Shown here in pieces: positions 54,501-62,754 of a stretch of DNA of 62,754 nt (position 1 is its first letter; every line of letters starts with the position of its first letter). The notes under the pieces were generated by a model. The model had not been told where the DNA came from, ran no database searches, and saw only the letters and a list, made by a program, of their open reading frames with translations. Position numbers and translations under genes: made by a program. Source of the stretch: a virus; the IMG/VR virus record IMGVR_UViG_3300025324_000001, positions 1 through 62,754 of that record; one strand, 5' to 3'.

Positions 54501-56223
54501 ACTTAATAGCGTCCAGATCAAGCTTGGCGTCAGTAAGACCACCCCCGTAAAGGATTCTTCCACTAGTATCAGTCTTACCTAGTGCAAACCAACGGAACCA
54601 CCACGCTGGATTTTGACTAATTTGATTTGGAACCCAAGAACCTCCGGTCCAGACTTCGCATTTAGCTGAGACTAGAACGTTGAGAGCAGCAAGAGCTCCT
54701 TGAAGCTGCCCAGATGCTTTGACCCTAATTCCTAGTCTTCTCTGCCCGGCGTAAGAGGTGGTATCTGCTTGAAAGGTACGAAGCTGAGTCCAGGAAAATG
54801 TAGAGTAGTAGGTGGGGCCAGTTCCGTCAGTATATAGCTTCTTAAGCCTGACGTCATAAGCGGAGGTTCCTGGTAATCCGGACACCCGGTAAGTCTTGCG
54901 TACCGGCGTCCTCGAAGCTGAGTTGATCTCTACATAAGTCAGAGCGCCTACTATTGGATGCCAAACACCAGCTCCTGACACGGAATACTCCATATCGATC
55001 CGAACAGGCTGATTCGACAACTCGCCTGAAGTGGCGTCTACACTAAATAGCGATCCGACTATGTCGACCTCAAAAGCAGTAGCGTCCTGGCTAGTAGTCC
55101 GAGTAAAAGCCGTGTTATAAGTCAGATCAGTTCCAGCAAGTGTATCTACATTCGAATGCATTAAGGTCAAAGCACCGTCGGTGTTAGTCACTGTACAAGT
55201 CCATACAGCACCCGCCACCCACGCTATTGTCCCGTTTGTAATGCGGAAGGAGATCTGATTGTCAAAATTGTTGCCAGTCGTATAGTTGCTGCCCACTTGT
55301 GTACCGAGAGGATCCCGAACTGTCCACAAGTTAGAGCCGTTGTAGGTGATCGTGTAGTCTCCCATCTGCACACCAAATCCAGTGCGGATGGTAATGACTC
55401 CGTTTCCAGTACCTGTCTTGACTGCAGCAACTCGCCCGGGATCCTGCCTAGTTACCCCAGCAAAAGCACTAATAGATGTTGTGCCAATCCTGTAGTCGGA
55501 CAGATCAAGATCGGTTTGCATCCCAAAGTGAAGGATCTGATACAAATACTGATCTTCCCCTATAAATCCGTTATAGGGTTTTGCTCCAAGATCAGGAAAG
55601 AAACGGTGGATTCCCATCACAAGTGGCAGTGGCTCAAAGAAACGAGCCCGGTTCTGTCCACCAGTGAGGGAGTAAGTAGATGAAGTTTCTGGATTCGCTG
55701 CCCCGCCACCTGCCTGAGACAATTGAGGACGAGGAGCTGGTAGAAGTGTACTAATAAGCAACCCGCCCACAACATTTATAACTGCAGTCCCGATTGTCCC
55801 GAATGTTACTGCTGTACTACCAATCGTGAATGCTGTTGCCCCGAATTGAGACCCCAGAACTCCTGCAGCAATCTGAGGGGCTACAATCATTAGAGCGATC
55901 GAAGCAACTACTGCTACTGGGTTACTTCCTCTACCGCCTCCGCCTGATACCACAAGTCGGAGAGTGATCAGATCGTCTTCTCTTGGATATACAGTATTCC
56001 AGCTCTCGCAAGGGACTGGAATCCCGTTCAGAGTGAGGATTGCTGGAATGCTCTTGGGATGGACTTCTGCCCTCTCCAAGTACTCCGACAACGTTTCGCC
56101 TCCAATGAAAGGCACAAACACTAGTTTACGGTCCGCTGCTGCCAACAGAGGGTGCGGAGAGTAAACAAGATTAGGCATCCGTTGCAGTTGCCGATGCTGA
56201 AGCGTAGGAGTAATCAGAGCCAC
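51532..56223 (-). CDS. Central tail tip / host-specificity protein: gpI-like N-terminus fused to a gpJ-like body with FN3-like repeats (1563 aa)
   Basis: The N-terminus has GGGGRGSNP plus a hydrophobic stretch (lambda I-like). It is followed by SLTGGQNRARFFEPLPLVMG (J N-terminal motif) and then 4 x Y(E/H)xR(R/Y/K)G(A/V)(S/T)(W/F) repeats. Confidence 0.75.
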   Translation of the reverse strand: MALITPTLQHRQLQRMPNLVYSPHPLLAAADRKLVFVPFIGGETLSEYLERAEVHPKSIPAILTLNGIPVPCESWNTVYPREDDLITLRLVVSGGGGRGSNPVAVVASIALMIVAPQIAAGVLGSQFGATAFTIGSTAVTFGTIGTAVINVVGGLLISTLLPAPRPQLSQAGGGAANPETSSTYSLTGGQNRARFFEPLPLVMGIHRFFPDLGAKPYNGFIGEDQYLYQILHFGMQTDLDLSDYRIGTTSISAFAGVTRQDPGRVAAVKTGTGNGVITIRTGFGVQMGDYTITYNGSNLWTVRDPLGTQVGSNYTTGNNFDNQISFRITNGTIAWVAGAVWTCTVTNTDGALTLMHSNVDTLAGTDLTYNTAFTRTTSQDATAFEVDIVGSLFSVDATSGELSNQPVRIDMEYSVSGAGVWHPIVGALTYVEINSASRTPVRKTYRVSGLPGTSAYDVRLKKLYTDGTGPTYYSTFSWTQLRTFQADTTSYAGQRRLGIRVKASGQLQGALAALNVLVSAKCEVWTGGSWVPNQISQNPAWWFRWFALGKTDTSGRILYGGGLTDAKLDLDAIKSWGSYCSDNSLTVSVVIDQQMSVGEALSLIARCGRATVSRATGKLGVVWDAANLPVTAIYGPANIRAGSFHVEYTTENLADEIAVSFTNPDLDWQRDIVRAKVPGVTNPVSTTNVDFMGCTNKDQAGKEANLLAANQYYRRRRVAFETDLEGFVSMKGDVVALSHDLTTWDYGGRVVTFNSTGQMKLDRAVPRSGLSDYITIRSPNGTLNTYLCNADTGTTDIINLQGTLNDWPSPFPADGREWVYQFGPRITPGKKVKIIGIEPLDEHYLRIISTDEETGYYDYEGNPYDYTTPVTFAAAPTVTSIKVTEQLVMKTPQLTKCTITWEMRNAFLAAVKVSVNGGPQLNVPVAGSTSSTDFEAYDGQVLDIEVTPLGAIKGISLTIQHIVVGRAAAPANVTGLTASLFQNGQRLAWNRVTDLDFSNYEVRRGASWALGTPIYSGSSNSVVLTEALAGGTHNYWARAKDLSGNYSVGDATSSLNVVTPGTIGFTWVISGQNVVLSWSVSEGSFTTDHYELRYGASWASGTLIASTKGTSYSVFANWNGSRTFWVAATDWAGNTGSAASTGAVVNAPSAPTLQTAIVGDHAVFSWNTPASDVPVIHYHIRYGASFEAGVNVGDVDTTTLQYKVDWSGSRQWWVAAHNTAGFHGTAGGLQVTVTVPGAVIITPQVIDNFVLLRWTDGTQTLPVLQYEIRKGVTWAGGTLIGRIDSRFATVFEEAAGSYTYWIAGIDSANNEGTPSSVTVQVSQPPDFVLYADNYDDGSGARTNVWITPLNKFHACIDEVETWAGHFTARTWNTIQDQIDAGYPNYFMPSLTTGSYVREWDLGAVVASTQITVNLTSAILFGTVTVTPKISVRKLATDPWTDFPGVWTAYATDFRYVKVTLDFASVGGDDLIEMTVLNMKINVKLRNDAGVATADSADTGGTVVNFNVAFLDVQSITVTPLSTTAAHATYDFTDVPNPTSFKVFVWDAAGGRITKDVSWSAKGV
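52200..53350 (-). repeat. About four tandem ~90-aa FN3-like coding repeats in the J-like gene (approximate borders)
   Basis: NYEVRRGASW (~53.2 kb), HYELRYGASW (~52.95 kb), HYHIRYGASF (~52.7 kb), QYEIRKGVTW (~52.4 kb). Confidence 0.6.
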
Positions 56224-56618
56224 TGATAGAACCCTTCGATTTTATACCCAAACCTTCCAAGATCCCGCAATCGGTGGCGTACTACCTGTCCTGCATTGGC
56301 AAGAGCGTGTAAAACCCACGGTTCAGTTGGATACACGCAGAAGATCCCTATATGCCACAAAGGGCCATACCTCATTAGAACGAGACTGCCATCTTGCGGG
56401 GTCTCTACTCTGCAGGCGATGTCAGAATTGATCAGATCCTCGACTTGTCTCTGTCCTGCAAGAACACCTTCTGCAAGAGCTTGAGGAAGACAAACAGGAT
56501 GATTGAAGACCTCTTTAGAGACCTTCATTGCCAAAAAGCCGCAGTAACTCGATCCCGGAGGATAAGCTAACCCCACATAGCTGTCAGACCAGTGGAAACT
56601 AGAGATAGTTGGCATCAA
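56214..56618 (-). CDS. Tail tip protein K-like (NlpC/P60 domain only)
   Basis: 134 aa with C...H pattern (SSYCGFLA...LWHIGIF...VLHA). Sits between the L-like and I-J genes. Confidence 0.55.
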   Translation of the reverse strand: MMPTISSFHWSDSYVGLAYPPGSSYCGFLAMKVSKEVFNHPVCLPQALAEGVLAGQRQVEDLINSDIACRVETPQDGSLVLMRYGPLWHIGIFCVYPTEPWVLHALANAGQVVRHRLRDLGRFGYKIEGFYQWL

Positions 56619-57097
56619 AAGAGCCCCGGCGCTACATCAGGCCTGTAGAACACCGCACTGGCCGGTTTTGAAAGAAGATCCTCATAACCTAGATCTCCTG
56701 TAACCTCCGTTGCAGTGATTTGGACATTAGTAAGGTCGAAAGTTGTCTCCCACTCTATAAACGTCGGAGCACTTCGAAGGACCTGCATCATCCGGACTTT
56801 TGCTCCTCTGCCTCCCTGACTCAGCTCGAGCCAACCAACAAGCTCCTTGCCGACGTTATCGATTCTAAGACGTGCTCTTGGCAACTCCTTATCGAAATCG
56901 TCAGGTAGAGATGCACGAAAAGCGAGAGCAATATAGTCGTTACCTCCAGGACCTCCTACCAAGTCCTGATTGTCGTTGATTACTCTAACTGGCTGAGCCA
57001 GTTCGGAATGAGTAATCTCTAGCAACACGAACGGAACTTCAGCAGTACCAGTCGCGTTGACCTTAGTTTTCCACGACGAGGATAATGTCTTAGGCAT
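56615..57097 (-). CDS. Minor tail protein L-like (DUF1833)
   Basis: 160 aa. PFVLLEITHS...RIDNVG pattern and a lambda-like position. Confidence 0.6.
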   Translation of the reverse strand: MPKTLSSSWKTKVNATGTAEVPFVLLEITHSELAQPVRVINDNQDLVGGPGGNDYIALAFRASLPDDFDKELPRARLRIDNVGKELVGWLELSQGGRGAKVRMMQVLRSAPTFIEWETTFDLTNVQITATEVTGDLGYEDLLSKPASAVFYRPDVAPGLF

Positions 57098-57105
57098 GAC
57101 CGAAG

Positions 57106-57471
57106 TTAAGAGTCCCAGACCTCGAGTGAGAAGGTAATTTTCCAGATTTTGCTTGGTTGGCTGGAATCTAACGGAGAAGCCTTAATCACCCCTCCTACGA
57201 TCCGAGCCTGCTTTACAACCGAATCTATCGGATCGGTCCAGTCAAACCAAAGAGCTCCTCTCCCGATGGTTCCGCGGAACCAAGTCATAAAGCTCTGAAG
57301 GTCCGTAAGAGTATTCACTTTATAAACAACAGGTCTGGTGATCATTACCTTACTAAGAATCTGCGCCTGTTTCGGAATGCCACCCTCCATTTCTGTTCTC
57401 AAAACAGCCGGAGACGGAGACTCTTCAAAATCACCTACCATTTGCTTTGCATACGAAGGGAATGTTGGCAT
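57106..57471 (-). CDS. Minor tail protein M-like (distal tail)
   Basis: 121 aa, immediately after the tape measure. Contains FMTWFRGTIGRGALWFDWTDP. Confidence 0.5.
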   Translation of the reverse strand: MPTFPSYAKQMVGDFEESPSPAVLRTEMEGGIPKQAQILSKVMITRPVVYKVNTLTDLQSFMTWFRGTIGRGALWFDWTDPIDSVVKQARIVGGVIKASPLDSSQPSKIWKITFSLEVWDS

Positions 57472-60400
57472 TTAACTTGTCCTATGTCTCATTCCTCGAG
57501 CTTCGAGTGCCTGAGCCGTAGGTCCTCCGCGGCGAATGTCATCGAGAATGATACTAATAACCGCTCTATCCACACTGAAAGAAGGCTGTGCACTTCTTAC
57601 TGCTAGAGGGGTACCACTCTCGTTACTAATCGACACGTGGATCGATTGACTAACAGTACTAGGCGAAACTGAGACCTTTTCGCCGGGGGTAGCCATAAAT
57701 TGCACTAGCTGGCTATCAGCTCCTCCCGAACCTCCTACTACGAAACTGCCACCATGCTGAAACTGGCCAATAAGTGAGGAGCCCCCCAAATTAGCAGTTG
57801 CCGCAGACGTAGGAGCTGTCAAAAGTTTTCCCATCATACCCTCGAGGAGTCCTGTACCTACGTCAACATTCCTTCCAGTATACAGTCCACCAAAGAGGAA
57901 CTTCATTGTCGGTTGAATGATCATCAACTTGGCAACAAAGTCAAATACTGTTCTTTCCATTGATAGGAAGAGTCTCTTCCAACCGCCTTCTACTCCGTGC
58001 GTCAGATCGTAAAAGGCATCGAGAGATCCTTTTTCCAAATCCCTGAACATGTCCCGTACACTCTTTCCGAATAACGTTGTGCGGTCGAGCATCTTACGGT
58101 AGGTATCGTCATTGATCGTCTCGATCATCTTAGACGCCTCAGCGTGTGATAAGACGTTCAATCTGACCGCCTCATTGATCTTTTCGACTCGCTTAGTAGC
58201 GTCGTAGATGGCTTTTTCGCCTGTATCTCCGATGGCGCTCCGGATACTCTCGATCTCCCGCTTAACGTCTTTGAGCTTCTCCTTATGAGCTTCGATTCCC
58301 GTAACCTCCTGCCACCGGCGCGAGTACTCGGCAGTTAGGAAGTTGATCTGCTCCTGATCGAGTCTCATATCAGTCAGAAAGTCTCGAAGTTTCTCGAGGC
58401 TCTTCTCCAACTGCTCCTGCTGTTTGACCTTTCCGGGATCAGCAGCTTCTGCTCCCTTGCGGTGGGCCTCCAGCTCATCGAACATTTCGCCCATCTTCAA
58501 GCCAGCTGCTGCCATCTTCTTCGGAAGCTGCTCCAGCTCTTTAACGGTCTCCTTCCGTTGATCGATCGCAAGGAACATTCTCTGGAGTTGCTCCGTCAGG
58601 TTCTTACCTTCGAAACCCGCTTCACGGAGCGACCTTCCAATAGCTCCTAAGCCCCCGCGCTTCTTCTCCGGCATAGAAGCCATCAAGTCCATAGCCTTGT
58701 TTAAGGCCTCGACCTCCTGCATTGCGGTAGTGCCAAACTCACCAGCTTTGATTTGATCGTTAAGACTTTGAGCCTCACGAAGGCGCTCTTCGATTCGCTT
58801 GACCCACCCCTTGTAAGCGTCTCCTGCTTCTCCTGCTGTGGACTTGCCAAGTTCGGGCGCTAACTTGAGATTTTGCAGCTCAGACATTTGAGCTTCGAGA
58901 GCTGCACTAATCCCCTTGACCTTATTGAGGCGCTCTGTCAGAGCTTTGACAGTAGGATCTTCTTCGACCGGTGGAGGCGGCAATAGCACCATCTTGCCGG
59001 CTCTCGTCATTGTCATTCGAGCAGGAGCTGTAGTCGCTTTGCCTTCAGCTTGTGCGATTTGAACTGCGATCTGAGCTTCGATGGCAGCGATTTCAGAGTA
59101 CACGCCTCTCAAGCGGGTTGCCGTACCCTGCTTCATCTGCTCAGTAGTCTGACGGTGAGCCTCACCTACCTGCTTTTGAATATTGATCCACTCACCCGTC
59201 CTGTCGAGCCAGTCCTTTGTTTTGTCCGAAGCAGTCTCAGTCGCTCTCGCGAGAAGCGCGTATCCAACTGCTGCGCCTCCTAAGAGAAGACCCATCCGAA
59301 GTAGAAACAGAAGAACCGTAGAGGATTCAAGCGCTGCTGTTGCTGTACCTACCCCGAGAATAGCAGCACGAAGAGCGATCAGGCCTGCTGTGACGGCAGC
59401 TACAGCTGCTGGTAACCTGAGAAGCAAGGAATACAGAAGCATACCGGCTCCTGCTCCAGCAACTGCCGAGAATACCTGCCCTACTCGCTGCATATTCTGT
59501 GTAAGGTAGGTCAGTGATTCCCGAGTCATAACAACAGATTTGCGGAACAGCTCGGAGAACTTCGACATCTGGTCGAAAGCCTTTAGCACTTCGAAGGAAG
59601 AAGATCCGAGTCTAGCCATTTCAGCTTGCAGCGCGACGGATGCCTGCTGTGCACCAGGCCCGAACACGAGCATCCACTGTTGTGCGAGTTTAGGCAGGAG
59701 ATCTTTTGCAAGAACCTCTCCTTTCTTGATCATCTCGAACAGTTTAGTCTCGGTGACGCCCATTGCCCTTGCTGCAAGGGCCATCGAGCCAGGAAGCAGA
59801 TCGCCCAACTGACGACGCAACTCTTCCATTGAGACTGTGCCTTTCGATACCATTTGCTCGAGAGCAAGGAAGATGAGCCCCATACGCTCTTGACTAATGC
59901 GCATCGCCGTGCCGGCAGTTATTGCTGCTTCGAAGATGTAGCGCTGGTCGTTAAGAGACAAGTTCGAGAGTCTAGCAGCTGTAGTAAACTTGGCGTAGGG
60001 TTCTACGAGACCGCGTACATTCTGACCGAGTTTATTAGCGATCGCGGCAACGTAATTGTACTCATCGCCGGCGAGATTCGCGCTACCTGTCGAAGTAGCG
60101 AGCATAGCATCAAAGCGTTGCATGTCTATCACAGCTTTGATGCTCGAAGATGCTAGATAAGCTACCCCTGTAGTTACGCCGACGATACCAGCAATAAAGA
60201 GGGTTGCGTGGATGCTGGTGCTCTCGAACAGAGCTGACAAGACGGCGAGTCGAGCTCCCAGACCGCTCAGAGGTCCTACTGCAAGGATCGCCGCTCGTTC
60301 CAAATCACGGAATGTCCTCGCGAACTTGTCTCCCTCCTGGCCTGCTGCAAGACGATTTCCAGCAGCAAGAATTGCATTCATACCAACAGTACCACGAGCA

Positions 60401-60732
60401 ATCTCGTGGCGGCCAAGAGCAGAAGCCTGTCTGGTTAGAGTATCTGTAAGACGTCTGTAGGCCTGCTCGATCTTGTTGATCTCGGCAACTGCAACGCCAG
60501 ACTCCCGCATCCTCTGAGTCGTCGCAGTGACTCTTGCCTGGAGTGTCGAAAGGATCCGCTCAATTGAGGCGAACTTGCGATAGAGAGGATCTCCCCAGCC
60601 AGCAGAGCCCGCGATCTGATCGACTTGACGACCAAAAGCTTTGAGAGTCCGCAAGGACTGCTCAAGAGCCTTGGTATCAGGTACGAGACCGAACCCTACC
60701 GTGCCTAGATCGATCGTTCGTCTTGCCGCCAT
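57472..60732 (-). CDS. Tail tape measure protein (1086 aa)
   Basis: Tape-measure core LEQMVSKGTVSMEELRRQLGDLLPGS, TM-like central segments and a long coiled coil. Follows the G/GT genes. Confidence 0.85.
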   Translation of the reverse strand: MAARRTIDLGTVGFGLVPDTKALEQSLRTLKAFGRQVDQIAGSAGWGDPLYRKFASIERILSTLQARVTATTQRMRESGVAVAEINKIEQAYRRLTDTLTRQASALGRHEIARGTVGMNAILAAGNRLAAGQEGDKFARTFRDLERAAILAVGPLSGLGARLAVLSALFESTSIHATLFIAGIVGVTTGVAYLASSSIKAVIDMQRFDAMLATSTGSANLAGDEYNYVAAIANKLGQNVRGLVEPYAKFTTAARLSNLSLNDQRYIFEAAITAGTAMRISQERMGLIFLALEQMVSKGTVSMEELRRQLGDLLPGSMALAARAMGVTETKLFEMIKKGEVLAKDLLPKLAQQWMLVFGPGAQQASVALQAEMARLGSSSFEVLKAFDQMSKFSELFRKSVVMTRESLTYLTQNMQRVGQVFSAVAGAGAGMLLYSLLLRLPAAVAAVTAGLIALRAAILGVGTATAALESSTVLLFLLRMGLLLGGAAVGYALLARATETASDKTKDWLDRTGEWINIQKQVGEAHRQTTEQMKQGTATRLRGVYSEIAAIEAQIAVQIAQAEGKATTAPARMTMTRAGKMVLLPPPPVEEDPTVKALTERLNKVKGISAALEAQMSELQNLKLAPELGKSTAGEAGDAYKGWVKRIEERLREAQSLNDQIKAGEFGTTAMQEVEALNKAMDLMASMPEKKRGGLGAIGRSLREAGFEGKNLTEQLQRMFLAIDQRKETVKELEQLPKKMAAAGLKMGEMFDELEAHRKGAEAADPGKVKQQEQLEKSLEKLRDFLTDMRLDQEQINFLTAEYSRRWQEVTGIEAHKEKLKDVKREIESIRSAIGDTGEKAIYDATKRVEKINEAVRLNVLSHAEASKMIETINDDTYRKMLDRTTLFGKSVRDMFRDLEKGSLDAFYDLTHGVEGGWKRLFLSMERTVFDFVAKLMIIQPTMKFLFGGLYTGRNVDVGTGLLEGMMGKLLTAPTSAATANLGGSSLIGQFQHGGSFVVGGSGGADSQLVQFMATPGEKVSVSPSTVSQSIHVSISNESGTPLAVRSAQPSFSVDRAVISIILDDIRRGGPTAQALEARGMRHRTS

Positions 60733-61191
60733 CGGCGAATTTCCCTAGGAAGACAATCCAGCGAGCAAACTCTCCAGTACTGAGCTGTCTCACCTCCTCT
60801 TCCGTCATCCCGAGATGATAGCCTACGAGATGAACAAAAAACGAGTAGGTGCCCTCCCTTAGTCTTTTCCCGCTTCCTCCAGTGATGCCGGAAGCATCTT
60901 CTTGTTGATCGCGTCGATGAGCTTCTGATAGGTCCCACCCGAAGGCAGAGTCATCAGGACGTCGAAGTCGGCCTCCTCGAAGACCTTCTCGTCAGTGCTC
61001 GGAACGTAGCAGGTATCGATCAGTAGTCTCGCCATCCGCTTCTTGAGATCGGCCTCATTGACGGTGTCGAGCATCTGCCCTACCGAAGTCTGTCGGACCT
61101 CGATCTTCGTGCCGTCGTCTAACTCGATGACGGAGGACTCAAGCTTTTCCGACAGTACTCTGGTTCTGATCTGGTTTCGTACGTCGCTCAT
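60677..61191 (-). CDS. Tail assembly chaperone GT-like product via -1 frameshift (~171 aa)
   Basis: After the slip at G GGA AAA, the -1 frame is open for 64 codons (GKRLREGTYSFFVHLVGYHLGMTEEEVRQLSTGEFARWIVFLGKF...) up to the TGA at 60677. Confidence 0.55.
60859..61191 (-). CDS. Tail assembly chaperone (gpG-like, 110 aa)
   Basis: Start refined to MSDVRNQ with RBS caggagatagtcATG. Lies between the major tail and tape measure genes. Confidence 0.65.
   Translation of the reverse strand: MSDVRNQIRTRVLSEKLESSVIELDDGTKIEVRQTSVGQMLDTVNEADLKKRMARLLIDTCYVPSTDEKVFEEADFDVLMTLPSGGTYQKLIDAINKKMLPASLEEAGKD
60865..60871 (-). other. -1 programmed ribosomal frameshift heptamer G GGA AAA
   Basis: Canonical X XXY YYZ heptamer in the zero frame, 2 codons before the gpG stop. 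Confidence 0.6.
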
Positions 61192-61256
61192 GACTATCTC
61201 CTGTCTGTGTTCTGACTCTACCACATTGACTTCGCCTTTACTCCCGCTTGATCCTG

Positions 61257-62303
61257 TTAGATGATTGTCGGAGCGCCGCTCATTTGAACGTTCACTTGGA
61301 AGGTGTTCGGAGACTCCATTCCCCCTGCCAAGCTGAGACTCGTTAAAACGCCTGCTCCTTTCCATCCCGCTGCGCCGTCGTGCAGATACTCCGCGTAGAC
61401 CGGAGAGTCGGCCAGCCATTGTGTCAAGGCATTCTTGATGGCCGTTGGAATAGGGCTCCCCGCTGCGTGGAACCACCCGAAAGGTTTCGCGATCGTAGGC
61501 GCGACGTCATCCCATGGGACGTTCAGCTCGAACCGGAGGTTCTCTTCCTCGAGAGCGCCGACATTACCTGACTGACGCTGTGTCATCAGATGGAAGAAGC
61601 CTCTGGCGAGCGATCCCGAGAAGCCGGTGCCGTCGGGATTCACTTCGATGATGTACTCCGCTCGATCATCGAGCTTGTTTGGCCAGTCATCGGTGGCGTT
61701 GAATACCGTTGGCAGCTCGATGTTTACCGACTTCAGCCCGGGGGTGTGAGTGTGGTACCCGTTATTTGCTTGGAGAGCCGGCATATCCGAGTCACGAATT
61801 GCATCGGCTACCATATTGAGTGTATAGCCGGTGAACTTGGCGAGCGTTGCCGTAGGAAAGTAATTCGCCGTAACCGTTACCGGTCCCGCAACGACGTAGG
61901 ACGATTTGAACGTCACCTCACCGAAGAGCCAGTCGATATTGTCGACGTCTGCAGTGTGATCGACTGTGTTGTCCTCGACAACTATCGCTGCTGAGCGGTC
62001 CATCATCCTCTTTGCTGCGCTGGTAATCCGATAAGTTTTGCCTGAGACGAGCGTTGTTGCTTCGTCCGTCATCAATGTCGAAGCACCAGGCTTCAACAGT
62101 TTGGCGACGTACCCCGGATAGCCTTTGTAGATAGCGTTCGCAGAGACCGCCCAGTTGATAGGACCGACGGCTCCCGACTTGTATGTCTGGCCGAAGACGG
62201 TATCTTCGATCACTGCGCCTTCCCGACTGACCTCACCCGTTCCGCCTGGCAGCAAGTAGTAGGTGACATCATCTATCGAAAGTAACACTTGTTTCGCACC
62301 CAT
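61257..62303 (-). CDS. Major tail (tube) protein
   Basis: 348 aa. Lies between the tail-terminator-like gene and the chaperones. The assignment is positional. Confidence 0.6.
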   Translation of the reverse strand: MGAKQVLLSIDDVTYYLLPGGTGEVSREGAVIEDTVFGQTYKSGAVGPINWAVSANAIYKGYPGYVAKLLKPGASTLMTDEATTLVSGKTYRITSAAKRMMDRSAAIVVEDNTVDHTADVDNIDWLFGEVTFKSSYVVAGPVTVTANYFPTATLAKFTGYTLNMVADAIRDSDMPALQANNGYHTHTPGLKSVNIELPTVFNATDDWPNKLDDRAEYIIEVNPDGTGFSGSLARGFFHLMTQRQSGNVGALEEENLRFELNVPWDDVAPTIAKPFGWFHAAGSPIPTAIKNALTQWLADSPVYAEYLHDGAAGWKGAGVLTSLSLAGGMESPNTFQVNVQMSGAPTII

Positions 62304-62326
62304 GGCTTATCCTTTCCTTTACCGGG

Positions 62327-62743
62327 TTACGTGATTGGGACTCGATTTTCGCCGGCTTCCGCTGCCGGCAGTACTGTGAACCAGAAGTTGAGCGCGAACT
62401 GCGGCCGAGTAGTGTCGTCCTGTCCCAAATAAGCTACATCCCCCATCTGGTTACAGGAGCGATACATATCGCCCAACACTGTAGTGGACTCCATCCCCAA
62501 CAAAGCTGCTGCTACAGCAGCGGCTTTCAACCTTGCAGCCTCGTATCCACCTTTCGCGCCGCGCACGATAATGGAAACTGACGGCTCATTGTAGAGTAGG
62601 TGTGGAAAAGGATTCCTTCCGCCTGGGCTATTGATCAGGACGATCGTATCGGGTGCATCTGGCATCCTCCCGATTGCAGTTCTCCACCCTGTAGGTGGCT
62701 GTGGTGCGGCCGTAAGAAAGTTGCCGATGCCTTCTGCCACCAA
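62327..62743 (-). CDS. Tail terminator-like protein, putative
   Basis: 138 aa. Last neck-series gene before the major tail protein. Its start lies in the terminal repeat, so it follows 118..579 on the circle. Confidence 0.4.
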   Translation of the reverse strand: MVAEGIGNFLTAAPQPPTGWRTAIGRMPDAPDTIVLINSPGGRNPFPHLLYNEPSVSIIVRGAKGGYEAARLKAAAVAAALLGMESTTVLGDMYRSCNQMGDVAYLGQDDTTRPQFALNFWFTVLPAAEAGENRVPIT

Positions 62744-62754
62744 AATGTCCTTGA
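62656..62754. repeat. Terminal 99-bp exact direct repeat, copy 2 (identical to 1..99)
   Basis: Verbatim identity read base by base. Confidence 0.9.

Noticed and set aside
60705-60938. Track ORF in the third frame between gpG and the tape measure, considered as a possible gpT.
   Set aside because: It would need a +1 shift and has an Arg-rich nonsense-like sequence. The -1 frame after G GGA AAA is open and protein-like instead.
1-62754. Searched for integrase/recombinase, CI/Cro-type switch, ParA/ParB, protelomerase, reverse transcriptase (DGR/retron), CRISPR arrays, tRNA/tmRNA genes and toxin-antitoxin pairs.
   Set aside because: I could recognise none. The only tandem repeats are coding (6154..7002 and the FN3 region) or the short heptamer array. 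No intergenic region has tRNA-like T-arm/anticodon architecture. There is therefore no evidence for lysogeny or for these systems, but this was a by-eye search only.

Overview
The window is one complete tailed-phage genome assembled as a circle. Its first 99 nt are repeated exactly as its last 99 nt, giving a unique length of 62,655 bp. Almost every gene is on the minus strand. Following minus-strand transcription around the circle, the modules are: (1) packaging and head: a large unknown protein in the TerS position, TerL, a DUF1073-type portal, a GC-rich unknown island, a protease/scaffold protein, a decoration protein and an encapsulin-like HK97-fold capsid protein; (2) four neck proteins, the major tail protein, G/GT chaperones with a G GGA AAA -1 frameshift, a 1086-aa tape measure, a lambda-like M/L/K/I-J tail tip and fibres; (3) lysis: holin-like proteins, a papain-like amidase, Rz with embedded Rz1, and a GH19 endolysin, which points to a Gram-negative host; (4) a replication and nucleotide arm: TOPRIM primase-helicase, RuvC, SNF2 helicase, Cas4-like exonuclease, AAA_24 ATPase, DUF669, a 7-deazaguanine DNA-modification cluster (FolE-QueE-QueD-QueC plus DpdA), a UDG-PolA fusion, ATP ligase, ThyX, a MazG-like fusion and class II RNR; (5) about 25 small, often Cys-rich, unknown proteins. 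The gene content resembles the deazaguanine-modifying siphophages of the Queuovirinae type; that is my inference from memory, not a search result. I found no integrase, CI-like repressor, tRNA, CRISPR array or reverse transcriptase. The most unexplained features are: (a) the only plus-strand module (13.8-15.8 kb), made of promoter/terminator-insulated cassettes for a three-member family of small HTH proteins with low-complexity tails, surrounded by GGAC..GTCC-type palindromes; (b) an adjacent 277-bp imperfect palindrome with nested TAGTAGTT doublets in the largest non-coding region; (c) a family of at least 12 near-consensus sigma70-like promoters sharing extended motifs (GAGACCATCAAA upstream of -35, GGACTACTA before -10, AGGT after -10), one of which is positioned for a leaderless mRNA; (d) a GC-rich island inside the head module encoding a 639-aa protein with 14 tandem 20-aa repeats and a divergent paralog pair. 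All functional calls come from reading motifs by eye. No database search was run.
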